A DNA stretch of 64,000 nucleotides from Schizosaccharomyces osmophilus (lineage: Eukaryota). The position numbers and the translations under genes were made by a program. Location of the stretch: positions 3,658,001 to 3,722,000 of the forward strand of contig NC_079238.1 in NCBI RefSeq assembly GCF_027921745.1. The letters are read 5' to 3'. This document shows, one piece after another, positions 1-11,138 of the stretch (position 1 is the first letter of the stretch; every line of letters starts with the position of its first letter). The notes below the pieces were generated by a model. That model was not told where the DNA came from and searched no databases. It saw only the letters and a program-made list of their open reading frames with translations.

Positions 1-210
1 TACATGGCCAGCACTTCCTTCTACGACAGGCTTTTTAGCACGTCTTTTTGAAAGTTTTCTTGCTCTTTTGTTAGAAATTTCTGGCACTTGCAACGGCCGA
101 TTTAATTCAGTAGTCATATGGTATGAAGTTGATGTTGAAAATGAGGAGCGCAAAAATTTGGTAAAAAGAAGTTTAGGAAAGTGACCTCTTTGAAACACTG
201 AAACTATCAT
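1..210 (-). CDS. trm2: 5' end of a gene running off the window, probably tRNA (m5U54) methyltransferase Trm2; two in-frame ATGs (210 and 117)
   Basis: Open frame from ATG 210: MIVSVFQRGHFPKLLFTKFLRSSFSTSTSYH-MTTELNRPLQVPEISNKRARKLSKRRAKKPVVEGSAGHV. The KKPVxEGS stretch resembles fungal Trm2 N-termini. Position and strand fit recalled synteny with SPAC4G8.07c. Catalytic domain lies outside the window. Confidence 0.55.
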   Translation of the reverse strand, partial: MIVSVFQRGHFPKLLFTKFLRSSFSTSTSYHMTTELNRPLQVPEISNKRARKLSKRRAKKPVVEGSAGHV

Positions 211-738
211 TAAAGACTTATTTGTTAAAAATCAAAAAAAAGTCCATTTAAAGAGTTATGGCAGCGCAGCTCAGTAGCTTGTAGAGTATATGTATCGTAA
301 TGCAAACGAAAAGCCTTTTGCTATCCTGCAGTGAAATAATACTTAATCTTCAATATTTCCACAGAAAGATGGTATCTTGAACTCATTGAAATTTAAGAAA
401 ATACGATAGAAAGCTACGTATGCTTGAGTTCTTTAAGATTTTTTGTAAAATGAATTTGATCATATTTCTCCTTCTCTTGTTTTGAATCTGTACATCTTAC
501 TTCAACCTCTTCAGTGATGCTCTTTTCTTCTTAATTTCTCTTTTTTATTATGACTGCAAAAATTAGACAAAATATGTTAGAACACATATGCTTATTTCTA
601 ATTATACAACTGATCGTAAATTCTATGATATTGCAATAATTTACGAATACACATAAATATATTTAAGTAGATTTTCGTGACGTTCGATGTTAGAGCTTCA
701 TCATCGGGGGAATGACAGCTCAAGTGAATTGCCTTTAT

Positions 739-2289
739 TTACTTTAGTAGCCTAGTTTGCCAGTCTTCAAGGGTGTTTTGGTAACGGAGAAGAGTCATGA
801 TAAAAGAAGGGTCACCTCCTTCACGCTGAGCTTCGAAATTAATCAAATAGTCTAATGCTTCATATGTACCATTCAAAGTTGTTTGTAGATGAGGCTCATC
901 TTCTTCATCGGTTTCATGATCTCGATCGGGTAAGAATTGAGAAGCTACATAGGTCAGTACATCATCTCCAACTTCTTGAGGTCGTTCCTCAACGGGATCG
1001 ATAAAGCTATGAATATTTTCTGCCGAACGGGTATCGAAACGAGCAACGGAGTTTTGAATTTCACCCACTACTTCGGCAGGGTAAGATAGTTCGGGTTCAA
1101 CAGCATAAAAGTCTCTCAAAACACTGCTTTGACAAAAGCTACTATAAATAGATTCAGGCAAAATGTCAATCTCCCACGCTTTCGTCAGCCAGCGCATTGC
1201 ATGAAGAACATTGACGGTCTTGTGTGGGTTTCTACCAAGCTCTATTTGAGCAAGCATGTAGCGAATCCAATACTTCCGATAAAATGCTTTTAAAGTAAAC
1301 GTAATTCCATAATCAAAAGGATTGTAGCTCTTTTCCTGTTGCCCAGGAAGTATAATGACTGAAGTGTTTTTTAGATCTCGACTGGCGTTACGCAAATTTT
1401 GCAAAGCACAGACAACAGCAGTAGAACGTTCAAGCAAAAGTATTACTTTGCGGTTTTGCATTTGAGTATCGAACCACAAAAGCCATTCTTCAATCAATAT
1501 CGTGGTCAAACAAGCACGACCATTGTACCTCCAATGAAAGTTTAATACTTCTGGTTTAATTGCTGCTGCACGGAAAGCTTTGGGGTTTTGGGAGTAACCA
1601 ATAGCCCACATTGGAAGTTTTTTCGTGCCAGTGGCATTGGCACACAACAATGTGGTGATTCGAGCTTTGTCACGTTTCATTCCTTGTGCTTCCTCAACTG
1701 CATATATTTTGCTTGGTGTAAGCTTCCAGAAAAGTCCCATTTCACATAGTGCAAACACGTTTTCTGGTTCCGCCAAAGTAGTAATATCCGAGATTCTAGT
1801 AACCGTCTCAATCATGTTTCCGTGGAAAAGCAAATAAGGTTGTTCTTTATTGACATTGTTTTGAAATTGCTGGTGACGTCTCTTGAAGTTTTCTAACCAT
1901 CCATTGCTGAATTCGGGGGTGGGTAAATCTTTGTATTCTGGAATCTTTTTCCATAACTTACTAGCCGTTTCTTTGATGGCTTCTCCTGTGACTACCTGGT
2001 TTTGACTCTGAGCTCTTTGCTGCCATTCAAACAGTAGTTTTTCCAGTATTGGATATTTAGCAGGTCGATTCCGTTTCACATCACCGTCTATGTCGTTCAA
2101 ACTATCGAGATAACTGTATCGAGAAGATAATATTTGGGATACAGATGGCTGCGAAAGATCTTTGTCGAATCGATGCCTAAACCATGAAATTAGGTCTGAT
2201 TGCGTTGGTTTATCCGAACTGTTAAAGAAATAGTTTCGAAGTTCCTTTTTTTCTTTTTCTGTAATTGCTCTTCTTCTAACTGGTGCCAT
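739..2289 (-). CDS. CENP-B homolog (Abp1/Cbp1/Cbh family), domesticated pogo/Tc1-mariner transposase; HTH DNA-binding domains plus DDE-like domain
   Basis: Intronless 516-aa ORF. N-terminus RRAITEKEKKELRNYFF...SQPSVSQILSS...KRNRPAKYP...FSNGWLENFKRRH closely resembles S. pombe Abp1 and the CENP-B HTH. ITTLLCANATGTKKLP and F..YRKYW are pogo DDE-domain hallmarks. The exact paralog is not determined. Confidence 0.9.
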   Translation of the reverse strand: MAPVRRRAITEKEKKELRNYFFNSSDKPTQSDLISWFRHRFDKDLSQPSVSQILSSRYSYLDSLNDIDGDVKRNRPAKYPILEKLLFEWQQRAQSQNQVVTGEAIKETASKLWKKIPEYKDLPTPEFSNGWLENFKRRHQQFQNNVNKEQPYLLFHGNMIETVTRISDITTLAEPENVFALCEMGLFWKLTPSKIYAVEEAQGMKRDKARITTLLCANATGTKKLPMWAIGYSQNPKAFRAAAIKPEVLNFHWRYNGRACLTTILIEEWLLWFDTQMQNRKVILLLERSTAVVCALQNLRNASRDLKNTSVIILPGQQEKSYNPFDYGITFTLKAFYRKYWIRYMLAQIELGRNPHKTVNVLHAMRWLTKAWEIDILPESIYSSFCQSSVLRDFYAVEPELSYPAEVVGEIQNSVARFDTRSAENIHSFIDPVEERPQEVGDDVLTYVASQFLPDRDHETDEEDEPHLQTTLNGTYEALDYLINFEAQREGGDPSFIMTLLRYQNTLEDWQTRLLK

Positions 2290-3055
2290 AATTACTTTCG
2301 GGATTATTATAAAACACAGATTTAAATTTTCATTATAATAATGGTGGTAATGTTTGATATTTTGACGAATATTTGGTGGTGAGGTGTGCCTCCATATTAC
2401 TAATAAGTCCTCGTTAATATATTACTAAAGAGGCTATAATAGCAGTGGTTGGTTTCTAATAATAAATCAACATAAATACAAAAAACAAATTTCATCCATA
2501 AAGGGCCATTGTAATTATTTCTATAGATTTCAGTGCTTGAATGTGTACTTACATGACAGTTCTTTTCTCTCGATGATAGACTACCTCGAACGACAATAGT
2601 AGCCTATCTATATACACTACAAAGCAGCTATGGGTCAGTTTTCGAGAAACAATTATGTAGAAGGAAATTAATTGTTACAAAATCAAGATTATAGCATGCT
2701 CGTATCTCAAGTTGTTCTGAGTCTGCTCAATCTATAATGTTGCCGAAAGGATGAAATGATTTATTACAATTTCGCACCGGACCTTTTCAGATATATAAAG
2801 AAAAGCTAAAAGGTTCAGTTTAAAACTCCTAATTTCAAAGATTGCTATAAATAAATCCTTTGCTTTCGTCAAGGATTGCTCTTTTATAGGATTCAACAAC
2901 TAGCTCACCAGACCCCCTACCAAACAACAAACGAAGTCAAAAATTTCAGTCGTACTTTATAATACAGCACTTTAACATTATTGCTATATGTTAGTTTTCT
3001 TTGTATTAATATACAACTAAAGCAAACAAGAAAGAAAGGAGAAAGAAAAGGAATT

Positions 3056-4049
3056 ATGGATTTGCAAACTTTGTTAGCAGCTAGGTACGAATCATAATGA
3101 TCTTTTAAAGCATTGTTTATCTAACAATGAAATAAATAGCTCAGGATCTGTTGCGAGTCGAGTCGTATGTCATCCAATTGACACGATTACCGTTCATAAA
3201 CAAACCGTGGGGAGCTTTTCATTTCGAAATACACCTTTAAAAGCTTACTATCGTGGTTTGCCCATCTCTTTGACGCTAATTACACCTGCAACATGTCTAT
3301 ATATGTCTACTTATGTAGAATCTAAGAGGAGATTGAAAGACTACTTGGGTGACGGTGTTTTATTGTATTCTGCTTGCGGAATGACAGCTGAAGTTGTTAG
3401 TAGTTTTGTATGGACGCCGTTAGAAGTTATCAAAGCTCGTACTCAGATTTCTCAGCATGGAGTGATCCCGACAATTAAAAGTTTGCGGAAACAGGAAGGG
3501 ATTAAAGGATTTTATCGAGGCTATTGGATGGTAAGAAAATTCCCAGTGAACGAAACTAGAATAAGAAATAAACGGATATCATTCTGGTTTATTTGGTTAG
3601 TTTCATGACACAAAACCTTCTTATAATATTCTCCTAAACAGTTTGTTAACTTTTTCTAGGGTATTGCCATCTATTTACCGACAACAGTAAGTTGGTGGGT
3701 AATGTATGAAGAGACAAAAAAGTGGTTACAAGCAAATACAAATTATGATATTTCATTGGTGGCTCCCCTTGCTTCCGCACTTGGTACGGTCGTAGCAACG
3801 ACTATTTCTACTCCTCTAGACATAGTAAAGACTCGCTATCAGGTTGCTACTTCTTCAGCCATGCAAAAGACAGAGTTCGCAAACATTGCCGATAAAATTA
3901 AAATATCTGATGTTGCCAGGCTTCTTTTCAAAGAGCACGGATTTGGAGGATTCACTCGTGGGCTAATGTTTCGAATGGCATATATCATGCCCTCAGGTAT
4001 GATTTCAATGTCCGTTTTCGAATCGTTTAGAGGAGGTGGTTTTGATTAA
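3056..4049 (+). CDS. Mitochondrial carrier family protein (SPAC4G8.08-like), 3 exons: 3056-3084, 3140-3530, 3660-4049
   Basis: Three Px[DE]xx[KR] carrier signatures (PIDTITV degenerate, PLEVIKAR, PLDIVKTR). Introns GTACGA...CTAAC...TAG and GTAAGA...TTAAC...TAG join the frames into 269 aa. Confidence 0.88.
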
Positions 4050-4296
4050 TAATTGAAAAAGAAATAGCTCTTTATCTTTAATACTGGTACAAACAATCTC
4101 CTCCTCTACTTTCATTCGTCCTTTATCATTTCTGGCATTCATAACTACCGTGTATCAACCCTACACTAACGAGTGTGCACCCACATCCAAAGATCATTTC
4201 AGTTCACACTATCTTTAACAATTACTTACTTCTGTTTCTTTTTGTATGTTTTTATAATAAAAATTTTTTTTCTGTTTTCTATGACTTTCATGTGAT

Positions 4297-6930
4297 ATGC
4301 AGCTTTTTAATTCCAGGGTGGTTCCAAGGTTGCTACAATCGCCAAACAAAATTAACACATTATGTTCCAAAAAATCAATCTCTGTCGTTAGTCATAAGCT
4401 CAATCTTTTGGATATCGAAAAGAAATGGAAAAAAGAATGGGCTAAACAGTCTCCGTTTCCAGCCAATGAGTCAGGCAAAAAAAAGTACGTTCTAAGTATG
4501 TTTCCATACCCTAGTGGTTCATTACACATGGGTCACGTACGAGTATACACTATATCGGATACTCTGTCTAGGTACTATAGAATGAAAGGTTTCAATGTAA
4601 TTCATCCTATGGGTTGGGATGCATTTGGGCTTCCTGCTGAAAATGCTGCTATTGAGCATCATATATCTCCCAAGTCGTGGACAAAATCGAATATTGAGAA
4701 AATGAAGCACCAGTTTGAGTACATGAACGTTCATTTTGATTGGGATCGAGAAATTGTTACTTGTGATCCTTCTTATTATAAATGGGGCCAATACCTATTT
4801 ACACAGCTATTTAGAAAAGGACTAGCATATCAGGCTGATGCTTTAGTAAATTGGGATCCTGTCGATTGTACAGTACTAGCAAACGAGCAAGTCGACTCCC
4901 AGGGTCGTTCTTGGAGAAGCGGAGCTGTTGTTGAGAAAAAGAACCTTTGTCAGTGGTTTTTCAAGACATCGGATTACTCGGAACGGCTTTTAAAAGATTT
5001 AGAAGAATTGTATGCTTGGCCTGAAAAGGTGAAAAAGATGCAGCAAAATTGGATCGGCAAGAGCGAGGGTTTAGAAATTCAGTTTAAAACCGATCAAAAA
5101 TATACCCTCGATGTTTACACAACAAGACCCGAAACAATCTTTGGTTCCGCATTTATAGGACTCTCAAAGTCTCACCCGTTAGTTCAATCAGAAGCCCAAA
5201 AGTATGAGAATCTTAGTACTTTTCTGAAAAGTGACGATGCAAACAGCGATGGTTTTGAACTTCCTATCGTTGCTTATAATCCTCTTACCGCTGCACCGAT
5301 TCCAGTCTATTATGCTCCATACGTAGTCAATGAGCATGGAACTGGCGCTGTTATGGGAGTTCCTATGCATGATTTAAGGGATTTTACTTTTGCTACTGAA
5401 AATGGCATACCTTTTCCTCCGACTAATGTTGTTCTTCCCCTAAAATCTGAAATGATTAATAATGAATCACCTTATACAGGAAATGGTGTAATGTCAGAAA
5501 TATCTGGTGAATACAGTGGAATGAAAAATAAAGAAGCTGCAAAAGCGATTTCGAAGTATTTACAAAGCCGTGGCATAGCTCGATTTGTAACGAAGTACAG
5601 ACTAAGAGATTGGCTTGTTTCAAGACAAAGGTTTTGGGGTACCCCTATCCCTATTGTGCACTGTGATAGCTGTGGAGCAGTTCCTGTTCCTGAGCATGAA
5701 CTGCCCGTCCAATTGCCTGAACTCACAGATATTTATGGCAAGGGGTCGTCTCCTTTGACTAATTTGGAATCTTGGGTAAAAACTAATTGTCCTCAGTGTA
5801 AAAAGCCTGCCAGAAGAGAAACAGATACAATGGACACTTTTGTGGACTCTTCGTGGTACTTCTTTAGATTTCTGGATCCTAAGAATAAAAATCTTCCTTT
5901 TGATCCAAAAAAAGTTGAAAAGGAAATGCCTGTTGATATTTATATTGGCGGCATAGAACACTCTATTTTACATCTTTTATACTCTCGCTTTTTATCGAAG
6001 GTTATGCATGATATTGGGCTTTGGAAAAACGATAGTTTGAACAATGAACCATTTACCAGATTAATTACGCAAGGAATGGTACATGGACCTACTTATGTGA
6101 GTCAATCAACAGGAAGAATTTTGAAGCCAAGTCAAGTTGAAAAAATATTGGGCAAATTTGTTAATACTGCGAACCCTGATGATGAAGTGGAATTATGCTA
6201 TTTCAAAATGAGCAAAAGTAAGCACAATGGAGTTGATCCGATTAGCACCATTTTACGCTGGGGTTCTGACGTGACGAGGGCACATCTATTATTTTCGGCT
6301 CCTGTAGACGGTGTATTGCAATGGGATAGTACAGGAATAGTTGGAGCTGAAAGATGGTTGCTTCGTTTAGCGACATGTGTTGAAAGCATACAACAAATGG
6401 ATCAACCAGATGTATCTTCTTCGTCCGAAATGAACGATAAAACTTTGGAGCTACTAGAACAAAGTCATGATTATATGGTTGCTTGTGCAAAGAATTACGA
6501 AAATATTTTTTCTTTGAATGTAATTATATCGGATTCCATGAAGCTGACCATTACCATTTACAACTGCTTAAAAGACAATGCCTCCCCGAAAGGCGCATTG
6601 AAAACATCTGCCGAGGTATTAATTAGGTGCATTGCACCAATTGTTCCTTGTATTTCTAGTGAACTCTGGAATCATCTAGGACACAAAGACTCTGTTTATA
6701 CGAGTTGGCCATCCATGCAAAAGCCAACGATTACTAAAAAAAGAGTCTCTGTCCCTGTTCAAATCAATGGGAAATGGAGGTTTCAAATGAATATTCCAAG
6801 TGATTCTTTAAGCGAGAACCTAGTTATGAAGACCGTTTTGGCCCATCCGGATGCGCATCGATGGTTAAAGGACAAAAAGGTTGTAAGGGCCATAATAAAA
6901 CCAAAGGTTGTGAGCTTAGTTGTGAAGTAA
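4297..6930 (+). CDS. Mitochondrial leucyl-tRNA synthetase (NAM2 ortholog)
   Basis: MFPYPSGSLHMGH (HIGH) and KMSKS motifs; bacterial-type LeuRS motifs GWDAFGLPAENAA and DWLVSRQRFWGTPIP; basic N-terminal presequence. Confidence 0.95.
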   Translation: MQLFNSRVVPRLLQSPNKINTLCSKKSISVVSHKLNLLDIEKKWKKEWAKQSPFPANESGKKKYVLSMFPYPSGSLHMGHVRVYTISDTLSRYYRMKGFNVIHPMGWDAFGLPAENAAIEHHISPKSWTKSNIEKMKHQFEYMNVHFDWDREIVTCDPSYYKWGQYLFTQLFRKGLAYQADALVNWDPVDCTVLANEQVDSQGRSWRSGAVVEKKNLCQWFFKTSDYSERLLKDLEELYAWPEKVKKMQQNWIGKSEGLEIQFKTDQKYTLDVYTTRPETIFGSAFIGLSKSHPLVQSEAQKYENLSTFLKSDDANSDGFELPIVAYNPLTAAPIPVYYAPYVVNEHGTGAVMGVPMHDLRDFTFATENGIPFPPTNVVLPLKSEMINNESPYTGNGVMSEISGEYSGMKNKEAAKAISKYLQSRGIARFVTKYRLRDWLVSRQRFWGTPIPIVHCDSCGAVPVPEHELPVQLPELTDIYGKGSSPLTNLESWVKTNCPQCKKPARRETDTMDTFVDSSWYFFRFLDPKNKNLPFDPKKVEKEMPVDIYIGGIEHSILHLLYSRFLSKVMHDIGLWKNDSLNNEPFTRLITQGMVHGPTYVSQSTGRILKPSQVEKILGKFVNTANPDDEVELCYFKMSKSKHNGVDPISTILRWGSDVTRAHLLFSAPVDGVLQWDSTGIVGAERWLLRLATCVESIQQMDQPDVSSSSEMNDKTLELLEQSHDYMVACAKNYENIFSLNVIISDSMKLTITIYNCLKDNASPKGALKTSAEVLIRCIAPIVPCISSELWNHLGHKDSVYTSWPSMQKPTITKKRVSVPVQINGKWRFQMNIPSDSLSENLVMKTVLAHPDAHRWLKDKKVVRAIIKPKVVSLVVK

Positions 6931-7329
6931 TAATGTTTGCATAAAATTTTTTTGATTACATAGCATTCTACCAATAATGGGTTTCTATAAAATTATGTTT
7001 AATGAATAGACATATTTAAATGGTTCTTGGAAGATGTACTTCAATTTCTAAAGTTTGGTTTTCTTTATTTTGAAGTTGCTATAAATCCAAGTTTTCATAA
7101 ATTGGTAAAGCAGCCTACTGAGGTGATAGGACTGAATGAATTTTACTGTAAACATAAAGTGTTCTGTGAACCTCCATAGTACCCAAAAAGTCAATTGAGT
7201 TGCTAGGCTTGAATATTATCGCTTATTTATTGTTTAAGGTAAAAAACTTGCTATTAATTATTAGTATTGGAATCGTTTTATTTTGACATTTTGCTGAGAA
7301 GTAATCTGGTGGACAAACAAGCCCTCAAC

Positions 7330-7878
7330 ATGAAGTCAATGCTCTTAAGAGATTCTGTAAAAAAAGCATCTCAATTTCAAAAAGCGATTCAAAAAGATCC
7401 AACCCAAGCTGAAAAATTATTGGAAGAACGCCGGCAACTGTTAGAACAAGCAAAATCAGCGTCCGAAGATGATGATTCCCATTCTAAAGTTAACTTACAA
7501 TCTCATTTGGAGCGCTTAAAGCGTGATGAAAATTTAATGAAGAAAGTCTTAAGCAATGGAGTTAGCTCTACTGGGCTAGATAATACCGAAAGTGTTAAAG
7601 CTATGGAAAGCATGTATGAGCTACAAGAAGCAAACTCACTCGATAATTCCATTCGAGGAACCAACGAACTACTTGAACGAGCGCTAGCCACTCGTGAAGA
7701 TTTTGAATATCAAAGCAGTGTTCTTCAAAACGTCTCCGATCGTATAAATCATGTGGCATTATCTATACCATTTATAAATCAAGTTCTACGGAAAACAAAG
7801 TCTAGGAAGCAAAGAGATGTTATTCTTTTTTCTATTCTGATATCCGTCTTAGTCTTGCTGTTTTTCTTTTTTCACTAA
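7330..7878 (+). CDS. gos1: Golgi SNARE Gos1 (182 aa)
   Basis: First ATG at 7330. Coiled-coil SNARE motif (SLDNSIRGTNELLERALATREDF...IPFINQVLRK) followed by a C-terminal transmembrane anchor. Confidence 0.85.
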   Translation: MKSMLLRDSVKKASQFQKAIQKDPTQAEKLLEERRQLLEQAKSASEDDDSHSKVNLQSHLERLKRDENLMKKVLSNGVSSTGLDNTESVKAMESMYELQEANSLDNSIRGTNELLERALATREDFEYQSSVLQNVSDRINHVALSIPFINQVLRKTKSRKQRDVILFSILISVLVLLFFFFH

Positions 7879-7935
7879 AGAGCTAGCTCTTTATGAATTA
7901 AAGATGAAAGTCATCGAATCTATCGTTGCTTTTCA

Positions 7936-8801
7936 TTATACTTTTGATGACTGGCTTTGCAAATATTTGCAAGCAGCATGAAATTCTTTCAACTCCTCGT
8001 TTGTCGGAAAGCCCGTCCCTGCCCATCTTATCTTGCAAGATTCATCAAGTAAAAACACATTTCCAACTAATCGATTGTTCCATTGGATTTCAGGATAACG
8101 TAACCTTTTATTCAACGAAATAACATAGTTGTTCTATTTCGTTAGTCAAATCCAAGCTCATAAATGGATTCACTTACCCAACTTTCCTTTGAAGGAAGAG
8201 AACTCTTGATACTTCCGGAAAACAATCGAGTTAAAAAGTACTTCATTATATTGGACTGGACATTAAAAAAGAAGACTGGAAATTCGGTAATTTTATCGAG
8301 ATTCTGTATCCACTGTTTACATTGGTTTTCGCCATAACTATTTACAAAGAGCAAAAGTACAGAGGGTCTTCCCTGACATTTCTTGTAAAGATTCACTTTT
8401 TCACTAGATAAAGATTTTCCTTCAAAATTGTACATCCAGAGAGAGGCCTAAAAGCTGTTAATGTACTTGTCTACGACGACCTTTAATTGTGATCATCTTA
8501 CCTCCTTTTTGAATACCCTTGGTGGAGCATAGAATAACTTTCCGTTTTTTTCTTGAACTTCAGAAATATCCTGGACTATGGATCCTCTCATTTCTCTGAG
8601 AATTTTGTCTTGACGTTGACTAGCTGTCAACTTGGATTGTTTACTTTTGTCTGAGCTGTCCAGAGGAGAATTTGAGAGACCAATTGGTGTTAATAGTTTA
8701 GGTGTTTTATCAATTTTTTGACTGTAATTGCGTATACATCCTAATGGTTTCAGACAAACACCAGTAAGGATATTTGGACTTCTCAGTTTTAACCACGACA
8801 T
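7936..8801 (-). CDS. atp10: Mitochondrial F1Fo ATPase assembly factor Atp10, 3 exons: 8801-8502, 8447-8178, 8133-7936
   Basis: Phase-0 introns GTAAGA...TAG and GTAAGT...CTAAC...TAG. Motifs GKLFYAP and N..VGNVFLLDESCKIRWAGTG are typical of ATP10. Confidence 0.88.
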
Positions 8802-9377
8802 AGAAGCTGTTCTTTTCTGTGAATTACTTGAATAGTTTATAAATTGAGATGTCCAAATTAGACGGGGTATACAAAACTTCACGAGAGCGCAAAAATGCGA
8901 AGTCTTCCAAATTAAGTCAGATACGCTACTGTTACTTCTATACAATAATTTGTTACTGGATTTGAGAAACGAGAAAACCGAAGTTGTATTCCATGAATGG
9001 AATTAAGTAGGAAAGAATAACTGTAAACCCTTTGAAAAATGAAGACCCAAATAAATATATCAGTTAGAGGTGACCAACAGCTAGATGTTAGCGCTACAAC
9101 ACCACAGGTATATGGATCCCCATGCACAATCATAATGAAAGAATCTTATTTTAGCTGAGACGATTAGAAATCACGCCAAATAAAAATCGTATGAAAATAA
9201 AGGGAGCCAAGGGTTATAGTTGAGAATCAAATTCAATCCGTGAACGATGGTATTACCCTTTGACGGTTGGCATAAATCACGTTAAAAGGCTTTGCATTAA
9301 TTAATTCTCTTTATTAATTCATCTCTAAAATATAAGAAAGGATTGAAAAGTCATAATTTAATCTCATGGGCACATGT

Positions 9378-11138
9378 TTAATTTTTTTTAGCTGCATATA
9401 TGCCTATTCCATGATTTCGAATCAAATCAGCTAACGGAAGCTCATCTGCGTCATCTAGGTCGACATGGTAAGGTATATAACGTAAAAGCTGTAAGCCTTT
9501 CATATCTTCTTCGGACTGTAAAAGGGCGACAGGACATACTAGTATAGGAAAAGAAAGGGTATCCGAAGAAGCAACACCTGAGGATTCCTTCTCTGCTAAT
9601 TGGCTTTTAAAATAATCATCCCAAAAGAGGGATAAGGATTGTTCCTTAGAATAATTGTACAGTTGGACGACATCCACTGGACTAGAATTTGGACGAGCCA
9701 ACATCCATGTTGGTGCTGTATAAGTTCTCCAGTAGTATATTGTAGCCGGATGATGACTGACGGAAGCGTGGTTTAGTAAACCATTATCACGAAGTATCGA
9801 ACCAAGTTCTACAACAGAGGGAACCACTCCATTTTGGTGCATAATCCCATAAAATACTGACATAACAGTCGAGTAAATTATGAACAGCAACAGGAGAAAT
9901 CGCGACCTAATATGTTGAGCCGCAAACACTACATATAGAGAGACGGCGGGAAGTAGAAATCTGGCTTCTTGATGTGGAAAAATGGAGAGTACAGCTACCG
10001 GAAAAATCCAAAACCATGCATGAGCACTTCGCAGATTCCACAGTGAAAACACAAAGAGTAACGGACCACATAGAAGAGGAACGTTAACAAGGAAATGCTG
10101 ATTCTTGGAATGAATTCCGTGTAAGGCTAGATTTTCAACCCGAGAGTTATAACTTATATTGTTGAGAAGAGTAATTGTGAACTTTCCGTAAAACTTATAA
10201 TCTTCATAAACGCACAGTGAAGACACTAACACACATGAACAAATCATAAAGAAAATGTGCTTAAACAGCCTATAATGTTAGTAAAATCGTTGCAGATAAA
10301 ACGTACGAAAGCTTATTTTTCCTGTTAGTTTTTAACCATTGAAAACCGTAATAAACAAAAGGCACAAAAACGAATGCAAGAAAGGTAATTCTAGTAAAAA
10401 TACCGATCGTAGTGCTTATGGATGCTGCCGTTGACAATAAATAACTGCTCCTACTGTTCACCGACTGTAAATTGTGTTAGCAAGCATTTATTAAGCGAAT
10501 GGACATACAGAGACAGCCAGCTTTGATAGGAACATAATTGTCAGAAATGTAAACACGGTTTCCATAGAATTTGAGATAGTGTGAGTCTGGAAGCTACAAG
10601 CTAAAAATGATGAAGAATACAGAATTAAACACTTCCATTTTTTTGTTGGTGGAACAATCCTGGATATGCTAAAATCTGTTTATATTAGGGTCAGCACAAG
10701 AACATAGTTTATTGTGAGTATTGAGCAAGCCTAACTTACCAATAGCTAGAGACCACAAAAACATAGTGAATCTAGCTAACAGATATATAGTATCTGGTTT
10801 ACAAAATTCTTAAACTCGTTAGCCTTTATGTTGGAACATAAGGCATACCATGGCAAGTCGCTTTTGCAGTGTAAAACGCAGGTAGGAGCATAAGATACAA
10901 AGGAAGCATGGACCGAATTGGTTCTTCAGATGTGAATTCCCAAGGAAGCTCGACCTTCCAACCAAGATTTTTCCCTAACCTATTAGTGACAAGGCGTACA
11001 CCAAAGGCACTTACCGGCAATTATCTGTAACGACTGCAATTGCTCATCAGGATGAATGTATGAATTACTTTGAGATATCCAAAATCGAAAACATAATAAA
11101 AAGGCATAGATTATCATATACTTTCGATATTTCTGCAT
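9378..11138 (-). CDS. smp3: GPI alpha-1,2-mannosyltransferase Smp3/PIG-Z (GT22 family), 6 exons: 11138-11015, 10974-10849, 10808-10740, 10675-10509, 10464-10307, 10269-9378
   Basis: SYIHPDEQLQS, LPWEF...PIRS, QTHTISNSMET, NLALHGIH and PHQEARFLLP motifs. Five canonical short introns keep the frame. Confidence 0.88.

Noticed and set aside
678..683. CRE-like TGACGT site
   Set aside because: Single hexamer next to the 3' end of the CENP-B-like gene and about 470 bp from the trm2-like start; expected by chance.
211..3055. Intact pogo DNA transposon around the CENP-B-like ORF
   Set aside because: No matching terminal inverted repeats found in the two flanks, and catalytic residues are degenerate. 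The ATTATTATAA/TTATAATAAT pair at 2303-2342 is local and AT-only.
7267..7329. TTG/GTG-initiated N-terminal extensions in the ORF track (gos1; likewise atp10, prz1, cph1, upf1, prh1, atg22)
   Set aside because: Artefact of a bacterial-style start-codon set; the ATG starts give plausible protein N-termini.
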